From contig JAQFVV010000005.1 in assembly GCA_028023455.1 (NCBI GenBank), positions 17,546,001 to 17,610,000 of the forward strand: a stretch of 64,000 bases of DNA. The letters are read 5' to 3'. The notes under the pieces are model-generated. The model was not told the DNA's origin, made no database searches, and saw nothing but the letters and a program-made list of their open reading frames with translations. This stretch comes from Epiperipatus broadwayi. Taxonomy: Eukaryota > Animalia > Onychophora. Both the position numbers and the translations under genes were made by a program. Below, piece by piece: positions 1-15,312 of this stretch (the first letter of the stretch is position 1; every line of letters starts with the position of its first letter).

Positions 1-890
1 TAACATATCAGCTATTTATAATCCGATTTTTATAAAATTACTGTCCAATAAAAAAATGTCTGGTCAACTTCAAAATTCAAAGCAAAACAGCAGACTAATA
101 TATCACTCTAGCGAATTTGTGTGGATGTCTTGGTTATGCCAAAATAGTTTACAGCCATAAATCATATGCAAACATTGTCTGTATGTAAAAGTATGTGACC
201 ATATATATGTGTGTGTATAAATTACATTAGAAGAGCTCTCTGCTTAAACAAACCAATAGAATAACAGCAATCCATTGTCAAGAGAACATTACAATTAGGC
301 AGTAAATGGTATCCTTTTATTGCTAAATTTTACTGTTGCTTTGACAAGTTTTCTGATATTTTAGTGCTTCTGTTTATGCATGAAGGCTGTTCTGATGTAA
401 TTTACATATGTATTTCATAAAACATGTTTTTGAAAGCAACAATCTGAGGATGTTATTTTATTGAAATGTCAGAAAATTTACTTTAATATTATTTTATTAA
501 ACATGGTTGCTCCCAAAACCATGTTTTATAAAACATCTTTTTGCCCATGAGAACATTTATTTCAATATATATAACCACACTACATATTAGTAATTGATAA
601 TAAATAAAGATTTTTAGTTTACTTCTAGCATGCTGATTAGGTATTGTAAACTTCTGACCCATATAATGATAGTGATTGCATTTGAAATACAAGTTAATTA
701 AAAGAAATAGCCTGGTTTTAATGTGATCACAATTTATGATATTATGGGTTTACATTTGTTTAGAATTATACTAAAAGCACCATAATTCTGATTAGCTTGT
801 ACATATACAATGATTACATTTTGTAGTATAGTCTCTCTTACTTTAATGGTTTATATAAAACAAAAAATGAAGATGAGGGTACATAAATAT

Positions 891-1587
<697 letters not shown>

Positions 1588-1847
1588 AAGAGAGAAAGTA
1601 GACAGAAAAAGTTTTTGATAATAATATCTAAAAAAAAGAAGTATATATCAATAGTCATCAGCAATTTTCAAGTAACTCTGAAACTGTAGCAATTTTATTT
1701 AACAAAGGAGCCATTAACTGTCAGCAATATTCATCTATAAAATAATTGTATTTAATTTTCATAAAAATTATTTTCATTTATTATTAAAATAAATATATCA
1801 CATTATATGATAGCAGAAATAGTTATTCTTATTTGTGTGCACAGCTT

Positions 1848-2395
<548 letters not shown>

Positions 2396-2837
2396 ATGTC
2401 CACAGCTTTATAATAAATAGACAAAAATATTAATAAATGTAAAACACATATACACAATTATTCTTCACAATCATAATTTTAATAGTTGTAATTTCAATAA
2501 ATTGTACTTTAAAAATATTGGAAATTAATAAGAAAAATGATATTTTAACTTTCTAAATTTTAAATGTTCAATTCACAAAATAACCATTAAAAATGTCACA
2601 AGAAATGATTGCCAATACATTTTTCTTGTGAATCCCATAGTTTGAATTTGCTATGATTATGAAAAGATAAAATTTCTCAAGAGCACTGAGCCAATTCATA
2701 TTACAATTTGTATTTAGCTTCACCATCACCTATGTGTTAGTGCATTTAGACAGGTAGCTTGAATTTAAGAATTTAGGGCTACTTAGGAATTGCATCTTAT
2801 TAATAATTTTCATTACAAAAAAAGATAAATACAAGAG

Positions 2838-3200
2838 TAAACAATGAGCAATTGCCAATTGCTCAACAAGCTTTGTGATAAATGCTTAGCCAGAGAAAGC
2901 ATTTAAAATATGTCAGGACCCTCCCCCCAAACCTCTGATCATGGTTTTGTGCTTTGGCACTCCTCAGAGAGGCCATACATCTGAAGCCACTCTATGGCTC
3001 TCTGAAGAGTGCCAAAGCATGAAATCATGGTCAGAGGTTTGGGGGGACGGGACGTTCCTGACAGAGATATTTTAAATACTTTCTCTGGCCAAGCATTTAT
3101 CACAAAGCTTGTTGAGCAATTGGCAATTGCTCATTGTTTATATCTTACAAGCTTAAGAGAATGGGGTTATGTGACCTATGACTATTTTTTATTTGACTAA
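2838..3200. mobile_element. Fold-back HHR element (family H2), arms 2838-2972 and 2997-3140
   Basis: The arms are reverse complements. The right arm extends to ~3200 and matches the copy at 6903-7096 in reverse. Confidence 0.88.
2998..3036 (+). ncRNA. Minimal type I hammerhead ribozyme motif
   Basis: Stem I CTCT/AGAG, core CTGAAGA, stem II GTGC-CAAA-GCAT, GAAA, near-palindromic stem III A-TCATGG-T, and a GUC cleavage triplet. Confidence 0.8.
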
Positions 3201-4576
3201 ATATAAAAGTAGTTTTTTTTTTTTAAAGAAATGAGAGTGATGTCTTAATAGAGACAATTTTTAAAATGAATTCTATTATTAAAATTTATATCTACATATA
3301 TAAGTTAAAAATGTTATTGTTCATGATAAAATATATACAATATTTTAGTTTTTGAATAATTTTATCTGAGTTAAGGTCTTTGTCTATTTGGATCAAATTT
3401 TGTATGCAATTTTTAACATACTTCTACTGAATGGATTTCTACAAACATACAATGGTTTGATTTCGATGACTGCAATATTTCAGGGTTATCCAATCTAACA
3501 ATGATGGTGGGCCACACTTCAAATCACATTTAGATAGATAACTTTTGAGACATTTCAACAGATGACATGATATTTTTAAAGCAGACACTTTCATTTAATT
3601 TGAGGAAGAAATTTAGGGCACATATTGTTAATTAAATTAAAAAGCAAAAAAAAAAAAAAAAGATCTGTTTATGAGATAAAATAAATAATTTCGAAACAAT
3701 ATATATATGATATTTTTTATTAATTAGTTTGAGATAATTAAAAAGAAAGTTTAACGGCATTTACAGTTTATTAAAAAAAAATATTGTAATAAATATCAGA
3801 CGTTTATTTATTACAATCTCATGTTGTTGTTTTTTTACTGTTGAATATGAAGACTTTCCTGTTTATAAGAAGAAAAAAAACCACAATAATATATATATAC
3901 AATATTTTTAATTGATTAAGTCAACCAATACAGTTTGTGATCAAACTAAATAATGAAAATGAAAAAAATAATTTTATCACACATGTATGAGATGGAAATA
4001 CCACTGGTGCATTTACTTTGGCAGGAAAAGAATTCATCTGATACAGCCAAAAACAATACACTTCTCTTCCAAATTGATTTACGGAATAATTGAAAAAGAA
4101 AGCTTTCATTGATTCTATCATAAGCATCTACAGTACTTAAATGCAAAACTGTACTGCAGATAATACAGTAGTGTACTTGGGATCAAAACTATTCAAAAAT
4201 GAACAGATATATGTTGCATAGAATCAAGTAAGATCACTAGATTCACTCTGATAAAAAAACTGGTCTGCTTGGAATTGATTGGAAAGTGAAAAGTTATTGA
4301 CCAGATTGGAGCAAATAAATTCATGGATTTCAAATCAGAAAGTTACATATGTGCAATCAACAGCTTGTATGCATATACATTGTTGGGTTCATAACAAACA
4401 ACAGTCATATTTTTTAGAATCTCATTTTTAAAATTTGTGCATGAATAGCTTTCTTTTTTTATGGAAATGACTTTTAAAAATTGTAGTATGACGGGGGACA
4501 GACTTTTTAACAAAAAATTATTTGCAAAATACTAAACCCTAAAAATAAAAACGTAATATATATAATTATAAATTTT

Positions 4577-4702
4577 TTATTAAACGCACATTATTATATT
4601 AAGTAATATTTACTAAGGCTGTACCTTAGGAATAAGCGTCTGAAAAATTCGAAGGTAGGGACCTCTACAGGTCTTAAACACAAGCTTATGCTATGAAGAA
4701 AA
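4577..4702. repeat. Dispersed repeat family B, copy 1
   Basis: Shares TTTATTAAACGCACATT...GTAGGGACCTCTACAGG...CACAAGCTTA with the copies at 48811, 58683 and 61234. Confidence 0.85.
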
Positions 4703-5118
4703 AACATTTTTTTTTTTTAAAAAAATGCTTTTATTTAACTTGAGAACTAATTGAGTAAAAAGCAAAAAAATATTTTTTTTCTAGATCCACAATTTTAGTT
4801 GTTAGATGTAACTTTAAATTAAAAGCATAGGCACCCATAAATTAATTAATTCAAGTAGTATAGTTTAGTTTTAAGTAAATATTCTACTATTGCTTAACTT
4901 AATTTATAGATGACTCATGCTTTTATTTAAAGTTACATATATCAACTGAAATTGTGATCCCAAGAAAAAATTATTTTTACTTTTTAGTGCATTAGTCCTC
5001 AAATTAAATAAAAGTATTTCTTAAATATATATGTCATTTGTTAATGATTATCAATGGCAGTTTAATAGATATAATTTTCAAATTTAATTGTAGATTAGTA
5101 AATACATACTACTATAAA

Positions 5119-5587
5119 TATAATAATTAAAACAAGTCATAAATTTTGTAACTTGCTTTTAAGCTTGCATTTTATGATCACTAGATGGAGCTTACCAATA
5201 GCTCTAATCAAGCTTTATAAGTGCTGAAAGAGAAAGAATTCAAAATCTCTATCGGAAATCCCTATCTCCAGACCAATTGGTTTTGAGTTTTGAGCTTGTA
5301 GCTCACCTCAGTGGAGTGCTGGGACTCTAGAAACTAGATCTAAAATACTAACTCAAAAGTCAGCACTTACAAAATATGTTTCTATCAATTTGAAAGCATG
5401 AACTTTTCAGACACGTAAATGTCTTCAAATCCAGCCTTCAAACCAGATAGATGTATGGGTCTGAATTCAGCTGTTTCACCATATAGTAATCGCCTCTGCA
5501 ATATAGCATTGCAAGAGCCTTCAAAGGTACACTTATAATAATTAAAACAAGTCATAAATTTCGTAACTTGCTTTTAAGCTTGCATTT
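5119..5587 (-). mobile_element. ~360 bp insertion with a decayed HHR, flanked by 54 bp direct repeats (5119-5172 and 5534-5587)
   Basis: The direct repeats differ at one position. The minus strand of 5266-5316 reads CTCCA-CTGAGGT-GAGC-TACAA-GCTC-AAAA...CCAATTGG-TC-TGGAG. Confidence 0.7.
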
Positions 5588-6902
5588 ATATATGTAATAT
5601 ATAATATATATGTAATTTCAGATTTTGCCTAATAAACCAAATACTGTTAATAATTCAGTACATCTTTACTTATTAGATGACTCAGGAATCTAGTAATTTA
5701 AAGAGTGCTAAAATGTTTATTAACATCATTTAGTTTATTAGTTAATACCAAAAATTTACATATTCTTGGATTTTAATATCTGCACAAAATCTTGAATACA
5801 AATGACATGGTTAAGGTGGGACTACAAAACACCAGAATTTAAAATAGATTACTGCAATACAAATTAAATTTCTTTGCCAGCAGAAATTTACAAAATTTGT
5901 GATCAAGTTAATGCTAATTGTTCTTTCTCTACTTTAAAACTCTTACCAAAAGTATAAGCTTATACCATCTTTATAGCAATTGAAGGTATCTAATTTACAC
6001 AATCATGGTAATATAATTTTTTATTGCTTTATATTTCTGCCACAACTTTTATTATTAAAATTAGAATGTTTTTTAAAATTTTAAAAACAACTTACAGAGA
6101 TATCTATTAATAAATTGTACATTCTTAATATACAATGTAATTTTACTTGAATATTATTTTCTTCAATATTTTTTTTTTTTTAAAAAAAACCTTATGAATT
6201 AATTTCAATAATTTTCAAAACAAATGATGCATTAAAATGCTGGAAAAGTTTATATACTTTAATTATTTTTGTACATTATTTATCATGCAATATTTTTCAA
6301 ATTTATATGTTTATGTTACATTATGAAGTATTATGAGAACTTTTATACAAAACCATTTATATAATTTATATAAAGAGACTGAGAAATTATTATAGATTAA
6401 AAATTAAGACAAGTATGTGCTACTTAATTTCTGTTTATTTGTTTTTTTTCTTTCAACTATTAATATATTTATCTTTCATCATTAACTACAGCAAATTATC
6501 TTCAATAACAAATATGTTTCTATTGTTGTCTTGTGATGAGAACTGAAATACACAAATCCTAAAAAATCACCTATTATCTTATTTTTGGTTCAAATAAGTT
6601 TAACTAATAATGAATACAATTTAAAAAATTAAAAATATTTTTATACAGTAAATTAAACAAAGTTCATTGTATATTGTAATTAGATATTTGGTCTTGTAGG
6701 CTAAATATATAATCTATAATGTTAAAAAAAATTTTTTTTAAAGATTATAAAAAAAAATTCCTTAGTAGCATTATTATAATAAGGTCTTGAGCTAAATATT
6801 TTAATATTACAGATTAAAATAATTTAGTTAGCTTATTTAACTCTTAGTTGTATAAAAATACTTAGATTATTTAATATTTGCTTAAAAGACTAAAATTAAT
6901 AA

Positions 6903-7096
6903 ATAGTCAAAATAAGAGTCATAGATCACATAACCCTATTCTCTTAAACTTGTAAGTTATAAACAATGAGGATTTCCAATTCCTCAACAAGCTTTGTGAT
7001 AAATGCTTAGCTAGAGAAAGCATTTAAAATATCTGTCAGGATCCCCCCCCCCCAACTTCTGACCATGGTTTCATGCTTTGGCATTCCTCAGAGAGG
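6903..7096 (-). mobile_element. Family H2 solo copy with HHR motif
   Basis: The minus strand reads CTGAGGA-ATGC-CAAA-GCAT-GAAA-CCATGG-TC, and the flank matches 2838-3200. Confidence 0.85.
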
Positions 7097-10000
7097 TGCT
7101 AGGATAGGTTCAGACACAGAACTAAAATTAATAGTTTGAATCTAAAAAAAGTTAATTTAAAATTTGCTATGTTTCAAATAAAAGCAATAAACAAAGTTAT
7201 TTTATGCTGTATTGAAATGGATCTTTGTTTGTACATTTTTTTAAAATAAATGGTTCTAAAGTAATGACTTATTAAATATTAGTTTATGTAAGAGTGTTTA
7301 AAATGAGAATCTAGAGAAGTTAAGTTTAAACCTAAATAATTGGGATAAATTTCAATGTAAATAAGTTTCAACTTTATTAAATGTTAGTAACTAATTTAGC
7401 TTAATTTGTTTTAAAGATCTTTTGTTGTATGTGTATGCATGTAAATAAATGTAATGTTTAAAAGATATTATTAAAAGTTATAAAATAAAAGGGTATATTA
7501 AATCAATCATAACATTAAAAGCTTTTAATTAGGATAAAATAAAATAAAAAACGTACTTTGAGATAAAAGAAATGTTTAATTTTAAAAAAAAGTAAATAAT
7601 TTTATTAGTGTTAAATAAATCATTTATTTAATAATTAAATTGTAATCAACAAAGTTTATTATTGATCTAGATGTCACATGATTAAATAGTCTGGATTGAT
7701 AAAGATCGAGGTTAAATTAATCAACTGTAAAAGGCAAAATATGTTAATAATTTACATATTATAATAAAATACTGGGAGGGTATTTATTCATCTGTGTCCA
7801 TTATATAAAATGCAGTGAAAAATCTTGATGTGCATATATTATAAAAATACAAATAATTTTATTCATTAATTACTTCATTTTATACACTTCACTATATTTT
7901 TAATTGATTGGTTTTGTTTAACTTCTTTTTTATTATTTTTTAAATCAGTTTAAAAGTGTTAATTTTTTTATTGTTTCCATGTCTAAATAGGAAAAATTAT
8001 CCATTGCAGTACTACACTACGATATATGTTCAATTAACTTATCAAACAATAAATCCTATTAAGATGCTAAAATCCTAGTAATTTTCAAAAGAACTCAATG
8101 GAAGTACAGAGTACACATGAGAAAAAATATGTTATATTTTATATTAAAGCATTAGCTAAATTCAAACTTCTCTTGTAATAATTATCTTTGATAATTTAGC
8201 TACTCTTTTAATTAGTTATTAAAACTAATTATAATTGCTAAGGAAGTTATTATATTTATGTCAAATTGAATAAGAAAATGATGAACTATCATCAAAATAT
8301 TGAGTTCATTAAAAAGAGAAGTGACAATTATTTAGCCTTGTATTACAAAATTATAATGAAACACAAAGTCATAAAACTCAATCCTTTAAATATCTTGAAG
8401 AAAAGACTTTAATCAGATATTTTCATGCTAAGATAAATAAGCTAACATCGAATTAACAAAATTATTTGTTCATTTATCTATTCATTAGATAGTTTTCTAA
8501 ATTGTTTTAAATATATTGCTTTACATTTTTTTAAAAAAAGAAGTTATTTAAATTTATGTCATAATACTTAATATTACTAAAATGTCAACTTATAATAAGT
8601 AACTGTATAAAAACAGTTGTTAATTAATATTCTCTTTCTGATCATTTCTCCTCCAATTCATATTACAATTAGTAATGTGTTATAAAGGAATATAATTTTC
8701 TTCTTGTAAATGATATATGTTATAAAGGAATCATATATTATTTAAAACATCTATTATCAACTCTTGTCATCTTTAAATTTGTTAAATTTAATTGCAAACA
8801 TTTTCTCAAAGAATTTCTTCTATAAATCTTAGCATATGTGCTTTCTCTTCCTTAATAAAAGACTATATATTACCATATCATCTTAAGAAGGTACCAAAAA
8901 GGACTTGAATGAAAAGAGATAATTTTTCTTATAAAGAGAAAATAACTTTAATATCTAATCTGAAGAAGGGTATAATATTTATTGTATATATTTTTTGATC
9001 TATTTAAAATTATTTGTAGTTATAATTGATGTATTATATTATTATTAATATTAATTGGGCAAGATATTCTATGACTTAATTTTTACTATTATTCTAGAGT
9101 TCTCTGAATTATTCTTTAAGCCCAAATAAATAATCATACCTAAGGTATAACAGCTTTTTATATATTAATATAAGTATTTATAAATGAAAATATTATGAAT
9201 ATCAGTGTGTGAGAGAGAAATTTAAATAGCTTATAAATTAAATGTTGTCATCATTATCTAATGATAGTTTCATCAGTATACCAATAGTATTAGACAAGAT
9301 GGATGTGTTATAGGCCTTTTGTATGTGGGTACAAAACAATATGACATTATTTATTTACTTCGTCTTCTTATTATTATAATCATCATCATCAGTTTCATGC
9401 CTTATACTATTAGTGGTATTTGTTTAGGTAATTTTAGAAAGATATTATATTGCTTTTTATATACATTTATCCCCTCCATGAATGAGAGTGCAGCTTGTAT
9501 ATTTATCAGCATAGTCCACACATAGTTACCAGGTGTCTATTTGTATTTTATTTGTTCATATTTTCATTATCTACTTTGCCATAGAATTTCAATGTTAAAG
9601 TGTATTTTAATATGTTGCAAATATCTAAAGATGTGTTTATCTCATAATTCATTATGAGCTCCACTATAATTTTAAATGTAAAATATATTATAAGTATCGA
9701 GCATATTTACTTCCTCATCCCAACATAGGTATTATTAGTGTTATATAAGTGTATTGTTTATCTTGCACAGTATTTGTTGCTATTTTTTTAAAAACTTATA
9801 AAATGTCTTCACATTGATTTTTCAATCCTGTTTTGATCATAAGAAAAGTATATATTTTACTTGTGGCCTGGATATAGGTATATAGATGTATTGTGTTACT
9901 CTATGGGTATAGTGTTTGAAATAAAGACTGTATTAAATAGATGGGAGAATTTTGGGGTAATAATAATTATTTATATTATAAATTTTTCAGGAATGATTTA

Positions 10001-11013
10001 TGGAAAGGTACAGTTATGTGTAAAATTTATTTTAAATCCTTATTGTAAATAAATATTCCACTGCATAAACTTATATGCTGTAAATAAATATTTTTTATTA
10101 TTAATTAAATACGTTTCTGTTTCATTGCCATTATGAATTTATTACATTATCACATTTGTTATTCAGAAAATCTACTTTAATAAAGTTTTCATTACTAATT
10201 ATTTTATGAAAGGAGATTTCAATGGACACAGAGAATTTATTTATCTGCTTTACTTTTTGCTCATTTTACCTGCATATTAAAATTTATTTATTTTCAAATT
10301 TATTCATTCATTTTGCTTATTCTTCATTTTTACCTGCATTATCAGAAGATAAATACTATGTTAACTATTTTATTTCAAATGCACTTGTAATGTTGTTGAT
10401 AGCATAAAATATACATTTATTGACTGCTGCATTATTCCATGTATTAAAAGTTGCATCAGAAGATATGAAATTTATGCATTTTACAATGTTTTCAAATTGT
10501 AAAACTTTTTTTTTTTAAATCCAGTCAATTTTCTCTTCAGAATTATGAAATAGTTTTTAGAAAATTTAATTTTTTGTAAATTTAAATGTTTTTTTGAAAC
10601 ATGTTTTTCTCTTTTCATTCACTTTCTCTTCTAAAAACTTAACAAAATATTAATTAAGCAAGATTGTTATCTTTGATTTTGAAAATATTGTTTTTGCAAC
10701 TTTTAGTTATTTGAAAATAACTTAATTAATTAAGTTAATTTATGAATAGAAATCACTTGACTGATTATAATTTTTATGAAAATATATTTTAAAATTTCAT
10801 ACTATATTTTTTTGTTTATTGTTAATCAATTAGTTATTAAATAATCCAATTCCCATTATTTCATGAGTTTAATGTTCTAGGATTTGTTTAAATGATCCCA
10901 ATACAACTATTTACTTATAATAGGATAAATCTAAAATTTACTTGGTGATTTATAATAAACTGCTTTATTTGTTTCTCTGCTGCTCATAGATATACTTTAT
11001 AGAGTTAGGGAGA

Positions 11014-11452
11014 TCCCTCTATCAACAAAATAATATTGCTTGACTATTAGAAATTTTAAGGTGCATTCATTATAGGTTAAGGCCTGATAAAATATTTACA
11101 TATACTTCCTGTGCACTCTATAAAATATAATTACAGCTCTACAATAGTTTATAAATTTTCCAGTTGTAAGATTACAACATTAACTCACTGTAAATCACAA
11201 GATTTTGCTATGGTTAATTAGTAAAGCAAATAGTGAACTTAAACAGTGAAAGGTACAACTTCATGCTTTCACATCAGCATGCTTCAGATTGGTCTATATA
11301 AGTAGAAATTTAGGTTAAAGATGGGATGACCACTCTTATCTTTATAAAAGTTACTATCTTGGGTCATGGTTTGTGATGTCCCTCTATTGGCAAAATAAAT
11401 ATTGCTTGACTATTAAAATTTTTAAGGTGCATTTGTTACAGATTAAGGCCTG
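11014..11452. repeat. Pair of ~73 bp imperfect direct repeats (11014-11086 and 11379-11452)
   Basis: TCCCTCTAT...ATATTGCTTGACTATTA...TTTTAAGGTGCATT...TTAAGGCCTG appears twice. Confidence 0.85.
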
Positions 11453-13779
11453 TTTAAGTATTTACATTACAGTTATATGGAATAGGGGATTATGTTTAGT
11501 GTTATGGGCATCCAGATGATGATAATCCTGGTTGGTGAAAAAGGGATATCCTTTAAAGCCTATACACTACATTTCATTTTATTTATTGCTTAGATTTAAA
11601 AATTTAGTTTATAGTTGACCAGTACATTAACTATTTTAGTTTTAAGTATGAAACTTTCTCAGGCTGGAAAAAAAAAAATGGATTTGCATTTTTCACCCGC
11701 TGCTAAAAAAATTTGTGAAGCTTTTTTTACAGCTTTAAAATTCATGTATGTTTTTTCCTAATATTTTCATTTCAACAAAATTCAAAAGATGGCAGGATAA
11801 TTGAATAAGTGTATTTTCAAAATTTCTTAAAATCTATGAGAGGGAACCATGATGATAGGTGTCTATTATATATTTATCAATCTCAAACTTTGTGAGATTA
11901 CTTTGAAAAAATATTATGATGGCCTAAAACATGGATTTTTTTGAAAAGTTTATGATTATTTTTGTATTGTTATTGTGTAATAATTATTAGAAATCAATAA
12001 CATATATTATTAGATATTCATTTTTTACAGAAATGTTTTATTTTTAAATAAAAATATGTTATTCTCTATAATATTACCATAGAGATTAAGGTCACAGGAA
12101 ATACAACTGTCTAGAAATGATGCCACTCAACAGTCAATTATAACATTTAGTGATATCATAAAAATTATGAAAACATTTTAAACTTTTAAATCATAAATTG
12201 AAAGATTTACTAGATATTAAAAATAATTCATTCAGATTTTTAAAACAAACTTCAAACAAAAAAGATTTCATTTATTTTACAAATTGAATCTGCTCCACCT
12301 AAAATGTGATGACATGACAGTGCTTTGTTTTAATTAAAATCTAATTTTTAAAGTAATTCTGAAAATCAAATGTGATTTTTTAAAATTTATTTAATTTCTA
12401 AATAATATCTATCAAGTGAGATCAAATTTATTATATTCTGATAAATAATAATGTTTTAATATTAAAGTGAAAGTTGAAAGCTTAAATTTAGAAAGAACAA
12501 ATAAATCTGTCAGAATGTTAGCAAAGTGCAAAAGATTAATGGTGCTAAGTGGCCAAAGTATTGATAGTCAGGATGCATTTAGTATCTCAGCACTATTTGA
12601 CTTATTGTTGCATTTTGATGAAGTATCACCCAAGTATGTGGATCCAGTTAATTACTATTTGTATTCCTGCCCTAAGTTTAGCAGTGGCTAAATAATTAAC
12701 CTGGTCTATAGTGGACCACTTTCAAATCTAGTCACCAGATTGACTAATGATTTATTTTTATTATAGACATTCATAATAATGAATGATTATTATTACTTTT
12801 TGTTTAACGCTGAGAGAACTTATAGTTAGTTTTAATACAGTATTGATCTTTCTCATGTTCATTCCTTTCATATTTAGATGATGATGGTTTCCTAACTCCT
12901 CATAATTCATCCCCAACATGATGTGCAGTCACAAATGGCTACTCAATTATAACTTCAGATTCTCCATATATTTAACCCCTAAATTTTTAGTACCATTATC
13001 AACAGTTGATTCACAAAAAGGGTTTGGGTTAATGCAGGATTAAGCATTGTACTAAGATTTATCAATAATTTATACCACAGATAAAAATTATTTTATTACA
13101 TCACAATCACAGGTCAATTCTAATTTTCTGAATTTTATAGCATAAGCATCTAATTTATCACTTACTTGATTGCAAATTAACTAATACCTCTGCAATAATT
13201 TAACTATCAATTGGCAACCCAACTATGGACCTGAAGATGATCAGGTTCCAGTGGTCAGTGATCACATAATTTGAATCTCAGAAATATACATGAAAAACAA
13301 AAATATGTATTTTGATGCAGAATTAATTTAAAATATATTGCTGTGAAACGTGACAAGAGTGTAGAGGATTATTGTTATAATTTGATTATAAATTATAAAA
13401 TAAAAGTATTAATGTTTATTTCAAGAGTTCAGATTTAAAGTTGAACAAGAAAACGAAGAATGATTTTGGAGATTTGATAGGTTTTGACTATTGAAATTTG
13501 TTTAGATATACTTTCAATTTTGATGATAAATGAAAAATTTACTGTTGGCTTCGGAGTGCAATGTTTTCCTGCAACTCCTTGGAATGTTCTTTCTCAGGCA
13601 TTGCTCTAATGCACTTTCAGATTTTCATATTTTTTATTGCTTATCATGGTCCAGTTTACACAGTCCAGCCATGATCCCCAGCCTCTAAGTCCCCAAGAAA
13701 AGATATAGTTCTGTATTTTTCAGTTCCTAAGACTCAAAGGAGCAGTGCTTTGCAAAGATTTTTGAATTTATTTTGGATT

Positions 13780-13990
13780 ATGGCAGCTAATAGTGTCTAA
13801 TTGCAGTAGACCTTTGTGTGATCATGCTGCATTGTACATTTATAATCAAGTGACCATATTCTGTGTCTACCCCAGGATTGCAGGCCACTATGTATTCTTT
13901 TGTTGTCAGACTTGCATCAGATCTTTAAGAAAGGTTTTGATAAACGGTTCTTGACATGAACTTGTTTTTGTACAGAAATATGTACTTATA
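13780..13990 (-). pseudogene. Possible non-LTR APE endonuclease relic
   Basis: The minus frame gives YIVACNPGVDTEYGHLII, which loosely resembles the PGADxxSDH motif. Highly decayed. Confidence 0.3.
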
Positions 13991-14951
13991 ATAAAAATAC
14001 AAGGAAAATGGAAATCAGTCACACACCCATGAACAGGACAAAATTGGAGAATAAAGCAGGGAAAATAAATTAATCAAATGATTTCTGGCAAGCTAGATTA
14101 GGGCTAATAATAAGTAGCATTATGTAAGGTGAAATATGGCTCAATGGAAAGGTGATGTTAAGCTTATTTTATGAGATATCTTTAAAAGTTTTTATTTGTA
14201 TTTCTTGTGTAAAAAAATAATTTAACACAGTTTTTCTTAAAGAGTAAAAATCTATAACAGAAATATCTATATTGACAAGAGGAAAAGTGAAAAAGATGGG
14301 AAGAAGAAAATGATCTGAAAAAAAAGTTCAGCAACCAATTGAAGGGACCTAGAGAATAAAAGATGTTTCCATGTTATCCCAATTATTAGAAATGTTAAGA
14401 TAATAAAAAAGAGGTAAACAAAAAGAAGATAATAAACAAAGAAAAGATAATAAAAAGAGAGACCAAGAAAGAAAAAAAGAGAAACCAACAAAGAGAAGAT
14501 ACTAAAAAGAATCAACAAACAGAAGTAGAAAATAGAAAAATAACAGAAGAAATGTTGAAAAGAATAAAAATAGATAAGCTAAAAAATATCAAAACAGTAA
14601 AAGATGGCTAATACATAAGCATACTAAATCAAACAAATTAGAGAAATTCTGAAGGAAGTGAGACAAAACAAAGATCAAGATGTGAAAATAAAACAGATAC
14701 AAGAAGTAATAGATAATCCAGGAGGCAAATAGAATCTTTAAATAATGAAAGTCAAAAAAGCCTTGATTCTGTCCATGAGCAAATAGGGGACCTGGCTAAA
14801 AATCCTGAAGATCAGACATAATGATATAATCAGAGAATGAGTAAAAAAGTTGGAGGATGACCACAGACAAAATGGTCAAACAGAAAAAATAGCCATGTCT
14901 ACAATAAAAAGAGAAGAACATTGCCTCTTTTATTTTTTAGATAATCTATAA

Positions 14952-15312
14952 ATAAACCAAAAGGCAGAAATTGTAAATCAGTTCTTTAAAATAAAGTCTT
15001 TTTTAGGAAATTCTGGTGAAGCACCCATTGAATTTGTCCACAGTCTAGAAAGATATTTCAACATTAATGCCGTGATTGAAGAGGCAACACTAGAAATAGC
15101 TTGTGGCCATCTTCAAGGTGTACCTCAAGCATGGTGGGATTCATTATTCATCTGCCCTCATAATTTTGTTGAGTTTAAGCAAGCTTTCATAAAGTACTGG
15201 AGTGAGGATTATTAGGAAGGGATTAAACATAAAATATACCAAGAGAAGTGTCCTCACAGTAAACTCTACAATTCACTTTTTAGAAAGCAAGTGGTGAAAT
15301 TGAGAATGCTCT
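14952..15312 (+). pseudogene. Ty3/Gypsy Gag capsid-domain relic
   Basis: The frame reads KSFLGNSGEAPIEFVHSLERYFNIN...ACGHLQGVPQAWWDS...FVEFKQAFIKYWSEDY*EGIKHKIY, which fits the retrotransposon gag capsid pattern. It has an in-frame stop at 15213-15215 and an A-rich, coiled-coil-like decayed region upstream. Confidence 0.7.

Noticed and set aside
13231-13270. CTGAAGA-TGATC motif as an HHR
   Set aside because: There is no GAAA segment or stem I/III.
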